DNA of 63,943 nucleotides, the filler included, from Dimargaris cristalligena (taxonomy: Eukaryota), in assembly GCA_003614675.1 (NCBI GenBank). It is 4 parts of 4 records of this genome, joined end to end, with 100 filler letters (N's around TTAATTAATTAA, not from the genome) between each part and the next. Parts side by side here need not be neighbours in the genome. Positions count along the whole stretch, not along the records: positions 1 to 16,715 come from ML002837.1; 3 more parts are not named here. One strand, given 5' to 3'. Positions within the stretch are counted from its first letter, which is position 1. Every line of letters begins with the position of its first letter. The notes below the pieces were generated by a model, which was not told the DNA's origin, did not search any database, and worked only from the letters and a program-made list of their open reading frames with translations. Made by a program: the position numbers and the translations under genes. Below, piece by piece: positions 1-13,753 of this stretch.

Positions 1-1100
1 AATGCACCTGATTCTAAGCATCTACCAATGACGCGTTCCTTAACCTCGCTTTCCATTAATTTTAATAAAATCCATGTAACCTATGCGATTGCGTATTTCG
101 GATGGACTAGGGAGAAGCCCCTCTGGGGGTTGTTAATTGTAGTGGTTGATTTGCATACATTTTTCACGTCCAAGTTGAATTGGTGAGACCATCCGAAACC
201 AAGGTACCGCTCCTGTTTCGTAAGGGCACTTACGGCGGGGTGGATGTATGCTCCGGTTCAAGAGATGTATTAGCGATAGGTTCACCCTATGTAACCGCAA
301 GGCCAGATCCGATCCCTAATTGGTTAACGTCAATAGAACTCATTGCGACAGTGCTTTTACCCAGGCACTGTAATTTCACCTATACTCCACTATATCATAT
401 TCCAGGTAGCAAGGTTATGTGGTGGGACAGTTGCCATCTATTGTAACCCAGGGGTGCCCTTTGATGTATGATACTATACAAGCCAATTTGTCAAAAAGGG
501 AGATAAATGCGCTTATGAATGTCCCGGCAAAACAACCCTAGACATACACTTTAGAATGATGCAATTGTATGTCCTGTTGTAAAGTGGCCATTGGGTGGAG
601 CGGGGAACCTCGTCTGCCGTCTCACAATGTACGGTTGAACAGCCAATCCTTTTAAACCTGATGTTGGGTACGACTATCCACCCATCTCTTCGTTTGCTCT
701 TTAATGTGTGGATGTATTGCTAAATAGAGTATCTGAATGAACACAGCGGATATAAGAAAAGGCGAGGGCGGGTCTCACCGAATTTACTGAATATTTATTA
801 TATATATATAAAAAGAAAGAGTAGTAGTTATACACATGTTTGAAAAATTAGGTACACGCAGGGGCCGTTCTTTAATCAGGTCCCAATTATGAGCCTTNNN
901 NNNNNNNNNNNNNNNNNNNNNNNNNNNNNNNNNNNNNNNNNNNNNNNNNNNNNNNNNNNNNNNNNNNNNGGTCCCAATTATGAGCCTTATTAGTAGGTCT
1001 TATTATTATGAAGAGTCTTCCCAAATTAATCCGATAAAGTGGTTATCACCAGAACATGCAATGTATATATTGAAATATATATATATATATATATGCAAAA

Positions 1101-4100
1101 TCATTTTTTACTGGATTTGTATATATTGATAGACTGACTAGTTTGCGCAGCTGATTTCCACTGTCCAGCCTGGGACCGACTCTCCCGGAAACTATGGATG
1201 GGAATACGGTCCCATCGACTCGGATCCGCTGCTGCCCTGGTCCCTCCGGAGGCGACCATGGCTACGGCAGAGGCGAAAGAGGAGGAAAGGGGGATGGCAG
1301 GGGCGGGAGACGGATCGGGCCCATTCTCACTAGTCAGTTGCTCAGTATCCATCAGATCATCAATGGTAATATTTACCAGAGATGGACGGGCAAGGGCAGA
1401 TGTGAGCGATGTTTGGGGAGGATTCAATGGAGTGTGCTGAGGGGATGGAGAGTGAGGAGCCGAGACAGGACGGGTTTCCTTAACAGTGCAGGCGGCAGTT
1501 GAGACCGCTACAGCCCCACTTTTGGGTCGGGTTACAATCCGCTTTTTACCAGGGGACGGGCGAATAAGCTCGGGAGCTCCATCGCCCCATTTACGCTTGG
1601 TGTGTAGCCGACGGTTACGCTTCTGGAACATAAGCACTGACGTTTCGAGCAGAGAGGGAACCGGGTCGGCCCTTTTTTGGAACTGCTGACAGGTCGAGGG
1701 ATTGGTTCCTAGTGTGCATGGCGGTGGCGTTGAAGGGTGGTCTAGTTGTCGGGTCTCCGCTGGGGTTGGCCAAGCCATCTGACTAGCCAGGCTGGTCATG
1801 TCGGCTAGGTTGGGGGGCTCGGTGGAGGGAAAAGATAATGCAGTTTGGAGTCGCGGTAGGGGTTGGGGGCGTAGTTCAAACGAGGGCCGACGGAACCTCG
1901 CCTGCCGGACCGGCATATCTAGATTAAGTGAATCCAGTGTCGCTTGATGCTGGTGGTCCGAAAGCTCGTCGTCGTCGTCTTCTTCCAATAAATGGTGGGG
2001 GAGACCCAGTATATCGCCGTCAGGGAGGAAAATGGCATGATCGATGAGGGCGTCTAGGTAAGATAGATCGAGTGGGGGTAGGTGGGTAAAGGGTAGTTCG
2101 GTAGGATGCATGGGGGTCGGGGCAGGAGTCGGTGCCGCCGGAAAATCAATGGCTATAGCCCGGGAGTTCCTCAACGCTGCCACGGTCGAGAGAAGGGTGG
2201 GGGGGTCCGGTAGGAAATGCATGCCTACGCTCGTTGGTGGTCCACTTGATTGTGATTCAGAATCAGAGCTGGACATGCAATCAGAGGCAACGTCGGGGAA
2301 ATAGCCATCCTCGCTGGACGAGTCGGGTTGAGCTCCGCTAGCGGCGGGAGTTGTCGAACTAGCCATGACGGGCGCAGTAACGGACTGGGCGATGGGTTTT
2401 GTATCATCGTCCGAATCCGGTGCAACGGAGTTTCGGTCGGATAATTCATCGTAGTTGGATGACCAAGACTGCCAACCGAGCATATTATTATAGTCCCATT
2501 GGTCCAGAGAGCTCGATGACCAATTGCTGCGGGCCATCTGGGCCAGGCCGTTTTGGGGACTCAGCGGCGGGGCGGCAACCGGGGCGGTGGACTCGACGGG
2601 TAAGTCCGGAGTGACCTCGAATTGAATCTCATCGTATATCTCCGTGTCGGAATTCGAAGGCGAATAGTCATAGCCAAAAGTGGACGATGAGCTGTGGTCC
2701 GACAAAACACCCTCACCGCCATGTTCAAAGGATTCCAGTATGGCAGCCTCGTCCTCGGCCTCAAGATCGGTAAGGTCAGAATCCATGATATCAATTGGAT
2801 CGCTCAAAAAGGGTTCAGAGAGTGTAGACTCGAGGGTGAGACTATCGCTCAAAGGTACTGCGGCCGGAGGCGTGGGCGGTGGACCCAGGGCATGCGTCAT
2901 TTTCTTGCCAGCTTTTTTGCCTGCACCCAGACGCTTGCCCGCACCCTGTGGAGCGGAAACTACAGGTGGGGGAGCCGGGGGTTGGGGTTTCTTGCCCAGG
3001 CGCTTACCCCGCCGAGAGGGGGAATTAGTTTGTAAAGTGGGGGAAGTGGCTGTTTGGTGAACCACGGGGGAAGCGGCTTCATCTGAACTCCAGTCAGAAA
3101 TATCCACTTCCGAAGCATAGTGGTTAACGGGAAGGAGGGCGGGTATTTTGGCCCGCTTTCCCGCTGGAGGAGGGGCAACGGCGGCCTTGACATCACCCTT
3201 TCGTATTATGGGCCCGGCTTTACCAGACCGGCTTTTGACTGGGCTGTCGGTGGGAACAGGTGGAGCGGGGGCTGGTGGCATTAGTGAAATATTCGAGTCT
3301 GCGCGAGCCCCGCACGTGCACTCGGAATCGCAAATGGGACAGATATCCAGATCATCGTCCTCGTCGTCCAGCGGTGGAGGTAAGGTGCCCATGACAATAC
3401 CGGGTTTGGTAAAGGTAGCCGGATTTGATGTGGGGTTAGCTGGCGGCAGGACATTCAACTCGTCGGCCTCGTCGTCCGATGATAGAAAGACCTTGGGTTT
3501 GGGCTTGGTCTTCCTTACGGTGCCTGCTTTGGGGGATGTTTTGGGATGGGGCTTAGCCGCGGGTATCGCGGTGGCCTTCTTCTTCGTCGGGCCACTCCGA
3601 TTGGCGGAGGGGACGAGAGGGCCGTAAATGTCGTCGCTTAAACGCCGTTTAGGGTTGACCTTAAAATTGGCCTTGGGCTTCATGATCTTGGTGCCTTTCG
3701 CACGCTGGGCCTGCCTGGCACAGTTTGGACAATAAAGGTGAGTGGCCAGAGCTGCATCTTGGGGTGTAATGCTGACGCAAATGCCATGGAACCATTCTGG
3801 TTTATAGTGAATAGGCGGGTAAATAAAAGAAGGAGAAAATGAGTTGGTGCTGGGGTGGGATGGAGGGAAGAATGGTCAGGCTAGGCTGATCCTTATAAGG
3901 CTTGGGGGGGGAAGGGCATGCTAGCGATGGAAGGAGTAAAACTTACCATGACACCGCTCGCAGCTGACGACAAACTCCGAACCATTGTAGCCACGCTCAC
4001 AAATGCAATAGGCCTGGGCTGGGGAAGGGTGAAAAGTGGGATTGGGGGCTTTGTATAGAGTAGGGGGCTCGACGGAATCCACCTCGGAACCCGAGTCGGA

Positions 4101-4268
4101 GAGAGAGTGGTGGAGGGGGCCAGAGGAGGCATTGAGGCTTGGGGGTTTCTTGGTGAGGTTGAAGAGTTTTTTTCCAGCTGAGGGTCGGGTAACGGATTTG
4201 CCCTTTCCACCCCGGGAGCGGGCGGGCCGCGAGGAGTTGGCAGTCTCGGACTTGCTAGTGAGCGGCAT
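1101..4268 (-). CDS. PHD-finger protein with long low-complexity acidic/Ser/Pro region; exons 4268-3947 and 3796-1101
   Basis: A GT-AG intron at 3946-3797 joins YCICERGYNGSEFVVSCERCH to EWFHGICVSITPQDAALATHLYCPNC, giving a complete C4HC3 PHD finger in frame with the 860-aa ORF. Start MPLTSK at 4268. The 3' end lies close to a gap. Confidence 0.85.
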
Positions 4269-5800
4269 ACGGTCAGGGCACCCTTGCGGGGCAATAGAAT
4301 AAGAGTGTGGACAATAACCAAATGGAAACAGAGGCGCAATGATAAGCGACACTGGGGTAGGTGAAAAAAAAAAGCGGGAGGGCGGCCTAACGAACGCGAG
4401 GGTGCGGTTTTGGTAGGGCAGATATATGTGGTTAGAGGCGCGTGGGTAAGAACAGAGCAAGGGCCAAAAAAATAGATATAATATACCGGGACTCTAGGGT
4501 CAAGGTGAGGGTAATAGCGCGGCAGAAGAGGAATAAAAGAACAAAGACCTTGTAGGAATGTATATATATAAATGTGAAAAGGGAATTCTGTTTCAATCGG
4601 CAAGCAGTCTCCTCGCCAGTTCTAGTCAGGACAAGCCAAGCTGAGACCGCCAGGAACTCAGTGACCAAGCGAGGTGCGCTGTTCAAAAGGTTCCAGAAGG
4701 ACGAATGAACTCACCAGGACTTAAACAAAAGAAGTAGACCAAGGGCATGCAAGCAAGAAGAGTACAAGAAAGGCAATCAAACAAAGCGGCTAAAGGAATG
4801 TGTTGGTTATAAAGAAAGACTAGTGAGCGCATAAACAGTCTATGTTTCTATCTCTACCACTACTTTGTATGCGCATACAGCGAAACACGGATTTTTTTTT
4901 ATATATAATAAGGAGGAATATCCCCCCACATAGACTGACTGCGTAAATGGGAAATAATAGGTCTTTGGCGACTGAGCTTCTTTTTTTGGCCCCGAAAAAA
5001 AAAGGCATGGCTGGTGGTGGCACAGGTCCCCGCCCCATTGATGGATCCTCATAGGTTCCTTAGAAAATGGTATTATTTTAGTGGGAGAACCGATCCAATA
5101 GCCGAAAGTAACTATCGTCTCGCCTAACTGGGCTTAAAATCTTATCAACAGGGGGAAAGGCGACCCGGGACGGTCTCCCCTTCCCTGCCGTTTATTATTC
5201 TCTTCCACGTTGTGGCACCGTAACCACCACGTTCCTCCCCCCACCAGTTGCGTCAAAGGGGCGGCCATTATATCATGTAAAATAGATGGGAGGCGCTCTA
5301 CCTCGTGGTTTCTATTCCTCAGCAGAATAGCTCATCAGTGCCGGCTTGGCCGTACATCCCCAAGGCCTTCGAATTACATACTCTACGTCGAGCTGCTTTT
5401 GAACCTTATTATATAAGCGGCCGTCTAGGGGACATTCCCGACAAACCACCCCTTCGTGCGAAAGCCACCATCTCCCCGAATAACCCTATTAAAGGCATCA
5501 AACATCATGCAGATAAACGTATTGGGCCGATCCACAGCCACCGGCTTTGATAGACGGGGTATTCTTGCCGATGGAGGCTCCCGGGCCACAGAACCAAAAG
5601 ATGTGGCGATAAGTTTCACGCTGTTGGAGAAACTTATAAGAACGGAGGCACAACGAATACCCAGTAAATAGTCTATTCAGCGAAATAAAACCAAATCCTG
5701 TATAAAAACATGATTCCAAGGGACGGTTTTTTATTATTATTATTTTATTTTATTGAAAGAATTACTGTACTTGTACCCCATTTACTTCTATTCTACAGTT

Positions 5801-5938
5801 TGGGCGTGGTTCCAACAGGCTATATAACGCAAAAGTTATTTCATGAAAAGGATATTATTGGTTAAAAACTAATATCTCGTCTATTTTCCCACCCATATAT
5901 CATTTAAAAACGCATCCTGTTGAGTTGGGGTTTCCCCG
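5801..5938 (+). mobile_element. Degenerate MITE copy
   Basis: TGGGCGTGGTTCCAACAGGCTATATAACG...TTTTCCCA...CATATATCATTTAAAA, same length as the full copies. Confidence 0.5.
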
Positions 5939-5998
5939 GATTAATTCATTTTGTCCAACCGTTAGGTCACATGGGCTAGCCAGCCACGATCACTTATA

Positions 5999-6040
5999 AT
6001 GCCACTCTTTAATAGTCTGTAGACTATTAAAGAGTGGCAT
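5999..6040. repeat. Perfect 20-bp inverted repeat with a 2-nt spacer
   Basis: ATGCCACTCTTTAATAGTCT-GT-AGACTATTAAAGAGTGGCAT. Confidence 0.9.
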
Positions 6041-7078
6041 CTTCAAACTAAACTTACCACTGGTTGTCTCCTACACACATCGGGGGCTTGCTTAGTGTTT
6101 CCTCTGTATTATCAACACTTCTAATATACCCGCTCTAAAGCCCCCTTGCTTCCTTATATTGGTTATTTCCTTGGTCTCCGCCATTTAATTCGGGTCTATC
6201 TCACAGGTCGAAATACATTGTAATCGAAATGGGCCTGTTCTTTTAGGTAGAAAGGGGGTAATTAACCCGGTATGGATTAGTATATGATTGTTCTTGGAGG
6301 GTACTTTTATATAGAGGCATCTGGTTTCCTACGTGCAAGACTAATACGGGCTATATCAAAGGTCCTGGCAGTATTGAGAGAATAGCACTATACCACGCCA
6401 AATACGACGAGGGCCCCGGCAATATTACTTGTAATATAAAATGAAAATATTTGACAGAGCTGGTGTTGCAATGTCAATGTCAATCTCGAGTAGAGTGGTG
6501 GTATTTCGGTGAAGTATAAACAGTACAAGGGAATTAAATTTTCCCTTTACAAGCCACTCACATCATAATCCCCCACACTAACCAGCCAAAGAAATAGTGA
6601 CGTATCTTATGACCCTAGTAGCATCAGTCCCTGCCGTGCAGTTTTATCTATGCTCTCAGTTTCTAATGTGTTGGCCATCTACACTAAATTTCGTAACTCG
6701 CTGGGATTGAGTGTCAGACGCCTGTAGAATACCGCACACCAGTACCCATAGGCTGTAGTAGTAGGAGTACGAGATGGTGAATAATATCAGATAAAATAGG
6801 CCAGATTTGTCAGGTGGGGTGGCCTATTGCCAGTGACTTCTTTAATCTAATATGCAAACCTTGGTGGTTACAAAGATGGGGTTTCTAAAAGTGAATCACC
6901 CGCTATGGGGTAAATTCTAGTCCACTGAAGCACTGACTTGGAAGCACCACAGCCATCTACGCCGATCCCTCTCTGCCTTCCTTCTCCTTTCACTTACTAA
7001 AGCCAACATCCCATTCCCTCCTGAATGCACCACTACAGCCCATTTCCCCTCTCCTAAACCTTTCTATTTAGCCCCTCC

Positions 7079-9479
7079 ATGACCTCTCTACTACGGTCCA
7101 TTAACCCTCCGAACTGCCCCATCGGGCGCCTATTGCGTTCCAAGGCAGGCTGGTCCCAGGCCCTCGCGGTACAGCCAACCGGTTCAACCAAACCAGGCAG
7201 CGTCCCAACGCTACTCTCAGGTCAACCAAACAGCGGGGCAACAAGGGGTGCTCGAACCATTACCACCTCACGACCTAGTTTCCTACAGCCCACCCTGCCA
7301 CAGAAGGGCCTAAAGGACCTGTTCAGCTCGTTTACCGAGGCCAAGGCCAATACCGAACGCATGGGCCAACCAATACCCGCCTCCCATCCGCACTTAATTG
7401 CGCCCGGAGAAGGTAATACCTCAATTCCAGTACTGCTTAGTCTATGCATTTAAAGCATTTATTCGAGGGTCCCGATGCTCAAGTCAGAGGCTCAGACTGG
7501 GTATAGCCCTCCCCCCCACCCCATCGCACAAATAACAGGTTGGGTCATATTTCTACATTGACTAACGTGAACACCACTCTGGCTCCTTTAACCCATTTGA
7601 TTTGTGTCCCAAGTAACCCCTGGCATCAGCTACACGGAATACGAAGCCCGGCGTCGCCAGCTATTAGACAGACTCCCCGACAACAGTCTAGCCCTCGTAT
7701 TCGGCCATCGTCTACACTTTAAAGCCACCCACGTCTTCTACCCGTTCCACCAAAACTCGGACTTCCTCTATTTAACCGGATTCAATGAACCCGACGCCAT
7801 CTTCATGCTGGAAAAATCGAGCGCCCTACCCCAGGGGCATCAGCTCTCCCTGTTTGTTCTTCCCCAGGATCCCCACTCCGAGAAATGGGAGGGTCCCCGG
7901 GCCGGGTTGGAAGGTGTAAAACAGCACTTTGGTAGCTACCAGGCGTATAACTACAAGGATTTTTCATCCCATTTGTACAAAGTTTGCCGACAGCTCGAGA
8001 CGGCATCCGCATCGGGAACCAGCTGCCCAGTGTATGCTGACTTGCCAACCGAGCTAGTCGTCGACTCCCCCCCTCACCAGGCCCAGACCATGTTCGGTGA
8101 ATGTAAGTATATCCGTCCTCAACACTGCGTATCTCTGGGCTCCCAAACGGCTTCATTTTTAGGGCCCTCCGAGTTCAAATGTTCCTATTACATAGTTACA
8201 CATCAGACACGTGCTAAATTAATTAGACACCCGTTATTACTGTATTTTTTAAGTGGGTATCACACTTCATAAACTGAGCCCCATGATCCAAAATCTCCGA
8301 CTCTATAAATCCGCCGCTGAGGTGAAGCTCATGCAAAAAGCGGGCGATATCTCCGCCCTGGCCTTCCGCCGGGTCATGGCCGAATCCTGCCGGTGTCCAA
8401 CCGAGCACCATATTACCGCCCTATTTGATTACGAGTGCCAGTGGAATGGGGGTGAGGAAATGGCCTATGTACCGGTAGTGGCGGGTGGGGCCAATGCCCT
8501 TTCCCTCCACTACGTCCAGAACAACCAACTACTTAGCTCTGGGGACCTCATCCTGCTGGACGGTGGCACGAGTTACCGGCACTACGCAAGCGACGTGACC
8601 CGGACGTGGCCGGTCGGGGGTACCTTTAGCCAACCCCAGGCGGAACTATACTCCGCCGTGCTTCGGGTTCAAAAGGCGTGCATGGCGCTTTGTACCGAGG
8701 ACGCCGGTCTCTCCCTCAACCAAATCCACTGGCGGTCGGTTGCGCTGCTTAAGGAGGAACTATGGTCCCTTGGCTGGCAGGCTACTCAGGAGGTAGGTTA
8801 AATTTGCCCTGCTATTTGTCAGATATGGATTCTAAATAGTTGAGATTATCTAGTGTAATAGACTAGCTGTGTGACCTAGAATGGCCGGATTTTGGTAAGT
8901 AGACTCGCATAATGCACCACTTGATGACGACCAACTAACGTTTAATTAGCTGACGCCCATCTCGCTCTATTGACTTTAATTGTTCGATCTGTATACCCAG
9001 GAAATCGACAATGTACTTTACCCCCACCACATTGGCCACTACCTCGGCATCGACGTTCACGACACTTTGGACATTTCACGCAGTTTGAAGCTCAAAGACG
9101 GTATGGTAATTACAATAGGTAAGTTTGGCCCCTTTGTACATTTCTTATGCGTGCTTTTGATTTGCAACAAGATAACTTCATTATTTCCGCAATTTGATAC
9201 ACCCATTTCTATTATTTCAATGGCAAATCACTGACCACCTATTTCTCTGCTGTGGCTACTTATTTTATTTTTTTAAAAAAAACATGTACGCCTATTTTAG
9301 AACCCGGTATTTATGTACCCTACGACGACCGTTTCCCCGAACAATACCAAGGGATCGGAATTCGCATTGAAGATAACCTAGTCATCGGGAAATCGGAGGC
9401 CATAATTTTGAGTCGAAGTGTACCTAAAGAGATTGATGAGATTGAGACGGCATGTCACGCTGAACAAAAGAAGCAATAG
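7079..9479 (+). CDS. ICP55: Mitochondrial Xaa-Pro aminopeptidase / intermediate cleaving peptidase 55 (M24B); exons 7079-7412, 7614-8102, 8254-8792, 9001-9118, 9301-9479
   Basis: Motifs [84 protein letters not shown] introns keep the frame. N-terminus is basic and presequence-like. Confidence 0.93.
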
Positions 9480-11893
9480 TAAAATACTGGCAATGCCACA
9501 GTGGAGTTTGGCTATAGCCTAGGGGAGATGGCTGACGGGCTAATGATATATCCCTCCGGCTCCGCTGAAATGGGGCACCTATTTTATTATACCGTGGTTT
9601 ATTGGGTAAGCCGAATGTACTATATAGATATGTCACATTTGTTAGCCAATGCCCATTCTGATTTTTACCAATAATAAACCCACTGGCCAGAGAAACCTAT
9701 AAAGCGATACTTGAATGGTTGTCAGTGATTTTAGGGAACATGCATAGTTTAAATCTATCACTGAAGGCCCGAAGGGTTTGCCCTTCTCATTAGGGGTGCG
9801 ACAGTTGGCCTTGGCTATGTATGCTACAACTAGTCAGTGGTCAATTGATTGGCAGTTAATCAGGTCCAACAGGGTTTAGCCGGTGCCATCGGCGGAGTAT
9901 TACAATGACTGACAAGTGGATTTATATCCCCGAGTAAGGCATCCAGTGGGTAACAATGAAGGGCCCAACTGGTATGGCTGGTCTGATCATCCTCAGGTGA
10001 ATGCAGGCCTGGAAGTTCTGTGTGTTTTTCTGCATTGTCGTCATGAAAATCTTATTATGTAGAAGCATCAATTTCTCAACCCCGACCATAACCCTATCCC
10101 AGGATCAGGTGCCGTAAGTATAGTGCCTTGGGCTCTAATACTCGGCAATTGTGCTTAACCAAAATTCAATGGTTATCACATTGTAGCTCTATATATTACA
10201 ATAGACATTCATGAAGCCATTCACATAGACTACACAGGGAGCACCAGGGGATGGTAACTATTAAATTACCGGTCGGTTATAAATAGGCAAACGAAAGCCA
10301 CCCCAAGTATCCTATCATTAACAACAAATGTCAAGAAATAGTTTCATTCATGGCGCTCCCCATTTGCTTCCCTCAACCCCACTCCCACTTTCTTCTACCA
10401 CCCTTTTCCCAATGGTCATACCACGGCCATTTATCCCCTTCTCAGTAGCTGTCTGTATAAAGACAAACCTGCCGTCCCCTGCAATAATGTAGGCGGAAAT
10501 AATACTTAGCCGCCCTTCAAAGGAGGTCACTGGGTATCCCCCGTTTGCCCTGAGGGATTACCCTACCTTCGACCATAGTCATGAGCTCTCCGAGGCTGAC
10601 CTCGGTTAGGCAAACAACCCAGCCTCCAGTTGAACAAATGGCTAGGAGGTGCCTGCCAAAGTGCAGGTTAAAAGTGGTTATTATTTCAGTTTATGTTTCT
10701 GGTAGATCTTCGTAGATACATTTATGTAATTATAGGTAGCTGAAGACAGTATCCTTTTTATATTCCGGCTCCTGTTCACTAAATAAATTATGTAAATAGT
10801 CCAATATATTATTTTTTATAAATTTAACAAAAATGAAGACCAGCAATAAGGCAGTTAGGCTGCATTATTCCATACATATAGGATAATGCCGTCGTGGCGA
10901 TGTGCATAATAGAGTGTCTAAGGACAGATGCCTTAGCTTGTTTTGATGGAAACTATCGAATTGGCCGGCTGAAGCGGCTACACTAACATCTCAAATACCG
11001 GGGTAAATTATATAAACAGCTCAGGTAGATATTGTCAAGTATTTTTAAGATTAGCTGCATTTTCGAGTAGCCTTATTAACGTGAGTTCCAGTTACTGTAA
11101 AGTTTCCACGCATCAATCTGGTAACATCTTCTATTCGACGTCTTGTTATAATTATACGATAACGATACGTTTAATATTCTTATCTGGATTTTTCTACCCC
11201 ATTAGATTTCCGTCATTTGATGTGCCTTTTTACTATGTAATGCATTCGGGGAATCTTAATTAGCATGATCACTTCTCCAATAACCTCCGCCGTCAACTGG
11301 TGTATATCATGGAACGTATACTATGCTATCTATAGACCCACTTCCAACTCGCGGCGGCTTTTTCCGATTTGTGTTAACTGGCGGCGGTCAGGGATAGTTT
11401 CGTCGTGGCGGACCTTTGTCCGCCGACGTCTGGGACAGGTTCCGACCCGTAATACAAAGAAGACCCCGTTTAAGGCGACCGATTGCATTGGTTAAATAAA
11501 GTACCATAGATTGTACTATTCGCATACCATACCATTCCTTGCCTTATGCCACTGTACTGAGTCACATTTATTTATTAGCACTTCTTACCCTGTTCCCCGT
11601 CTGGTAAGCACCAGTATAAGCGTGCACCACCAGCACCTACAGGCAAAACATCGTCTATTATAGGTGGCTATAGAGCCATTTATGTGTAGCAATGTCATGC
11701 AAAGTTTATGGACAGAAACCAAGCCCTGTACCCCGAAATACTACATAATTGACAGTCCCAGCACAATATACCGTTCAAAGAGAAAAAAACTAATGTGTAG
11801 AATTTAATGGCATATTGACGATAAATGGAATAGGAGAAATAATCCGCACAGGGTGAACCTTCGTAAATTTCCCTTTTTCGAATGGCAAGGGAA

Positions 11894-13223
11894 TTAGATT
11901 TCGGCTTGTTGTATTACTGATTCGCGTAAATAGTGGTTGACCACGCCGTGAATCTTGGCGCACACCTCGAGACACGCCTCCGTGGCCTTGGTGGTCTGGT
12001 TAATGTCCAATTTGCCCATTTGGACGACATGGGTGATGGATTTAAAAGTGGGCAGTTCGGCCACCAAGAGCACACCAGCGTCGATATGCGGATGGGCGTC
12101 TTCTTCGGACTGCGAGGCATCCATGAGCACCGTGGATGGGTTGGCCACCAGGGTGGACGCCGCCACGACGCTGTCGATCATGTCGATACCCGCGTCAATA
12201 AGGGCCACGGAAGCACAAGTGATGGCGGCGGCTACGGCGGACCACCAACCGTCACACTGGATGACCGAAATGTAAACGCTGATGGTAGACTTGGGGTAAC
12301 GGTCTAGCTTAACGGCCGGGGATAGCGCTTGGGCGATAAAGTTGGCAAGCTCCTTTTCCTCGGGGTCCTGTATTGCAAAAAAAAAATATGCAGCAGTGAA
12401 TGTACAATCGGTGGCCTGGTTGTGAGTAAAATTTTAGCTAATAAAGTATACATAAGGTACGATGCCGTGGATGCGGAGGCCTTCAGCAAGTGTATAGGCC
12501 CCAATCTAAATGGAATGTCCAAGGATCACCGTTACGAAGAGCGGTGGTTATAGGATAACTGCATCACTTGTAACTCAGTGGGGCCAATCCCGGGATAATT
12601 TCGGTACCAAATTTACTTTCATCAGATTAATCTACAAGGAATGTAGGACTTACGCGATGGAGTGCGCGGCGTTTCTCGCAGGATGATGGGGTAAACTTGA
12701 TTTCGCACTCTAGGCGGGCTAGCTCGTTGAACTGGGCCTTTTTGTTTTGCCGAGGGCCGTACACACCGCAGGTTACGCGGGTATTCTTTTGCTCGAAATA
12801 AGCCGACCCACTGGCCTGGTTCACAAGGCCAGCCCGGAGGTCTGATCGATTGATTAGATAGGTAAAGAATTCCGGGGGATTAGTTAGATGTAATATATAC
12901 AGAGAGACCACTAGCACGGCTTGACTAATAAACACGGGATGGATACTTTCGGAAAGTCGGCGAGGCCTATAGCAGGGACCGAGAAGCTAATGCTATACCT
13001 GCATTAACCGATGCGTATAGTAGTGGTAGGCTGTATGGTTCAGTGGTTTGCACTTACAAATAGGACGGATATCACCGGCTGACCGACCGTCCTGACGTTT
13101 AGTATCGGGAGTAAACGCCTGTTTGGGGGTCTCCTGGACAAAGTTTACAGCGCCCTCGGCATCGACGGTTGCCACCAGCGGGGCAACGCTGAGTTCAGGG
13201 CCATTTACTCTCCGGCGATCCAT
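11894..13223 (-). CDS. MTR3: RNA exosome RNase PH-like core subunit (Mtr3/EXOSC6 type); exons 13223-13058, 12841-12654, 12367-11894
   Basis: MDRRRVNGP N-terminus, QASGSAYFE..CGVYGPR, A-V-K-L-D-R-Y-P-K-S-T-I, ITCASVALIDAGIDM. The splice sites give a continuous frame. Confidence 0.85.
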
Positions 13224-13753
13224 GGGACACACTACTAGGAAATATAAGCTGGACTTAGCAACGAAGGGCAAATGCAAGGCGTGGAATCGGCAGTTGAGGG
13301 CTTCAATGGAGACTAAAGCCGGTGGTATATAAATGACAAGGGGATTTGCTTGAAAGACAATTACGCAACAATCGATAAAAAGGGGAGTTTCGAAGGTTAA
13401 GTAGCGACAAGGACGTCAGGGGAGCACAATCATAAATCGACTTGGGAGCAGCACGCTCTGAATATGGTAAAAGGTTTTCTCGCCCGTGTACAGGTAGAAT
13501 CAGCTGCAAATTAAGCCCCTCCTCTCTTCCCTTCTTTCTCATTCTGGTTGCTTCACCAAATGCGCTAACGACTGGTTTTTTTTAGCCAGCCAAGTATATT
13601 TGGCGTACCAATTATAAATTATAAGCTGCTAAAAATGCTAGGCCCGTAAACCCTCCCGTTCTACGAGATATATTTTCCACCCACTGTTCCGAGTTTTTCG
13701 TCCCGCCCTATTCTCTCCCTCTTTTGGCGGCGGCATCTTTTACCTAGGAAAGT

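Noticed and set aside
879..988. 19-bp direct repeat GGTCCCAATTATGAGCCTT flanking the first gap
   Set aside because: Most likely an unmerged contig overlap rather than a target-site duplication.
1194..3627. Many plus-strand ORFs over the PHD gene, and similar antisense ORFs over MRS2, GMPPA, the Zn2Cys6 gene, MARVEL and STR2
   Set aside because: Shadow ORFs produced by GC-rich codon usage on the coding strand.
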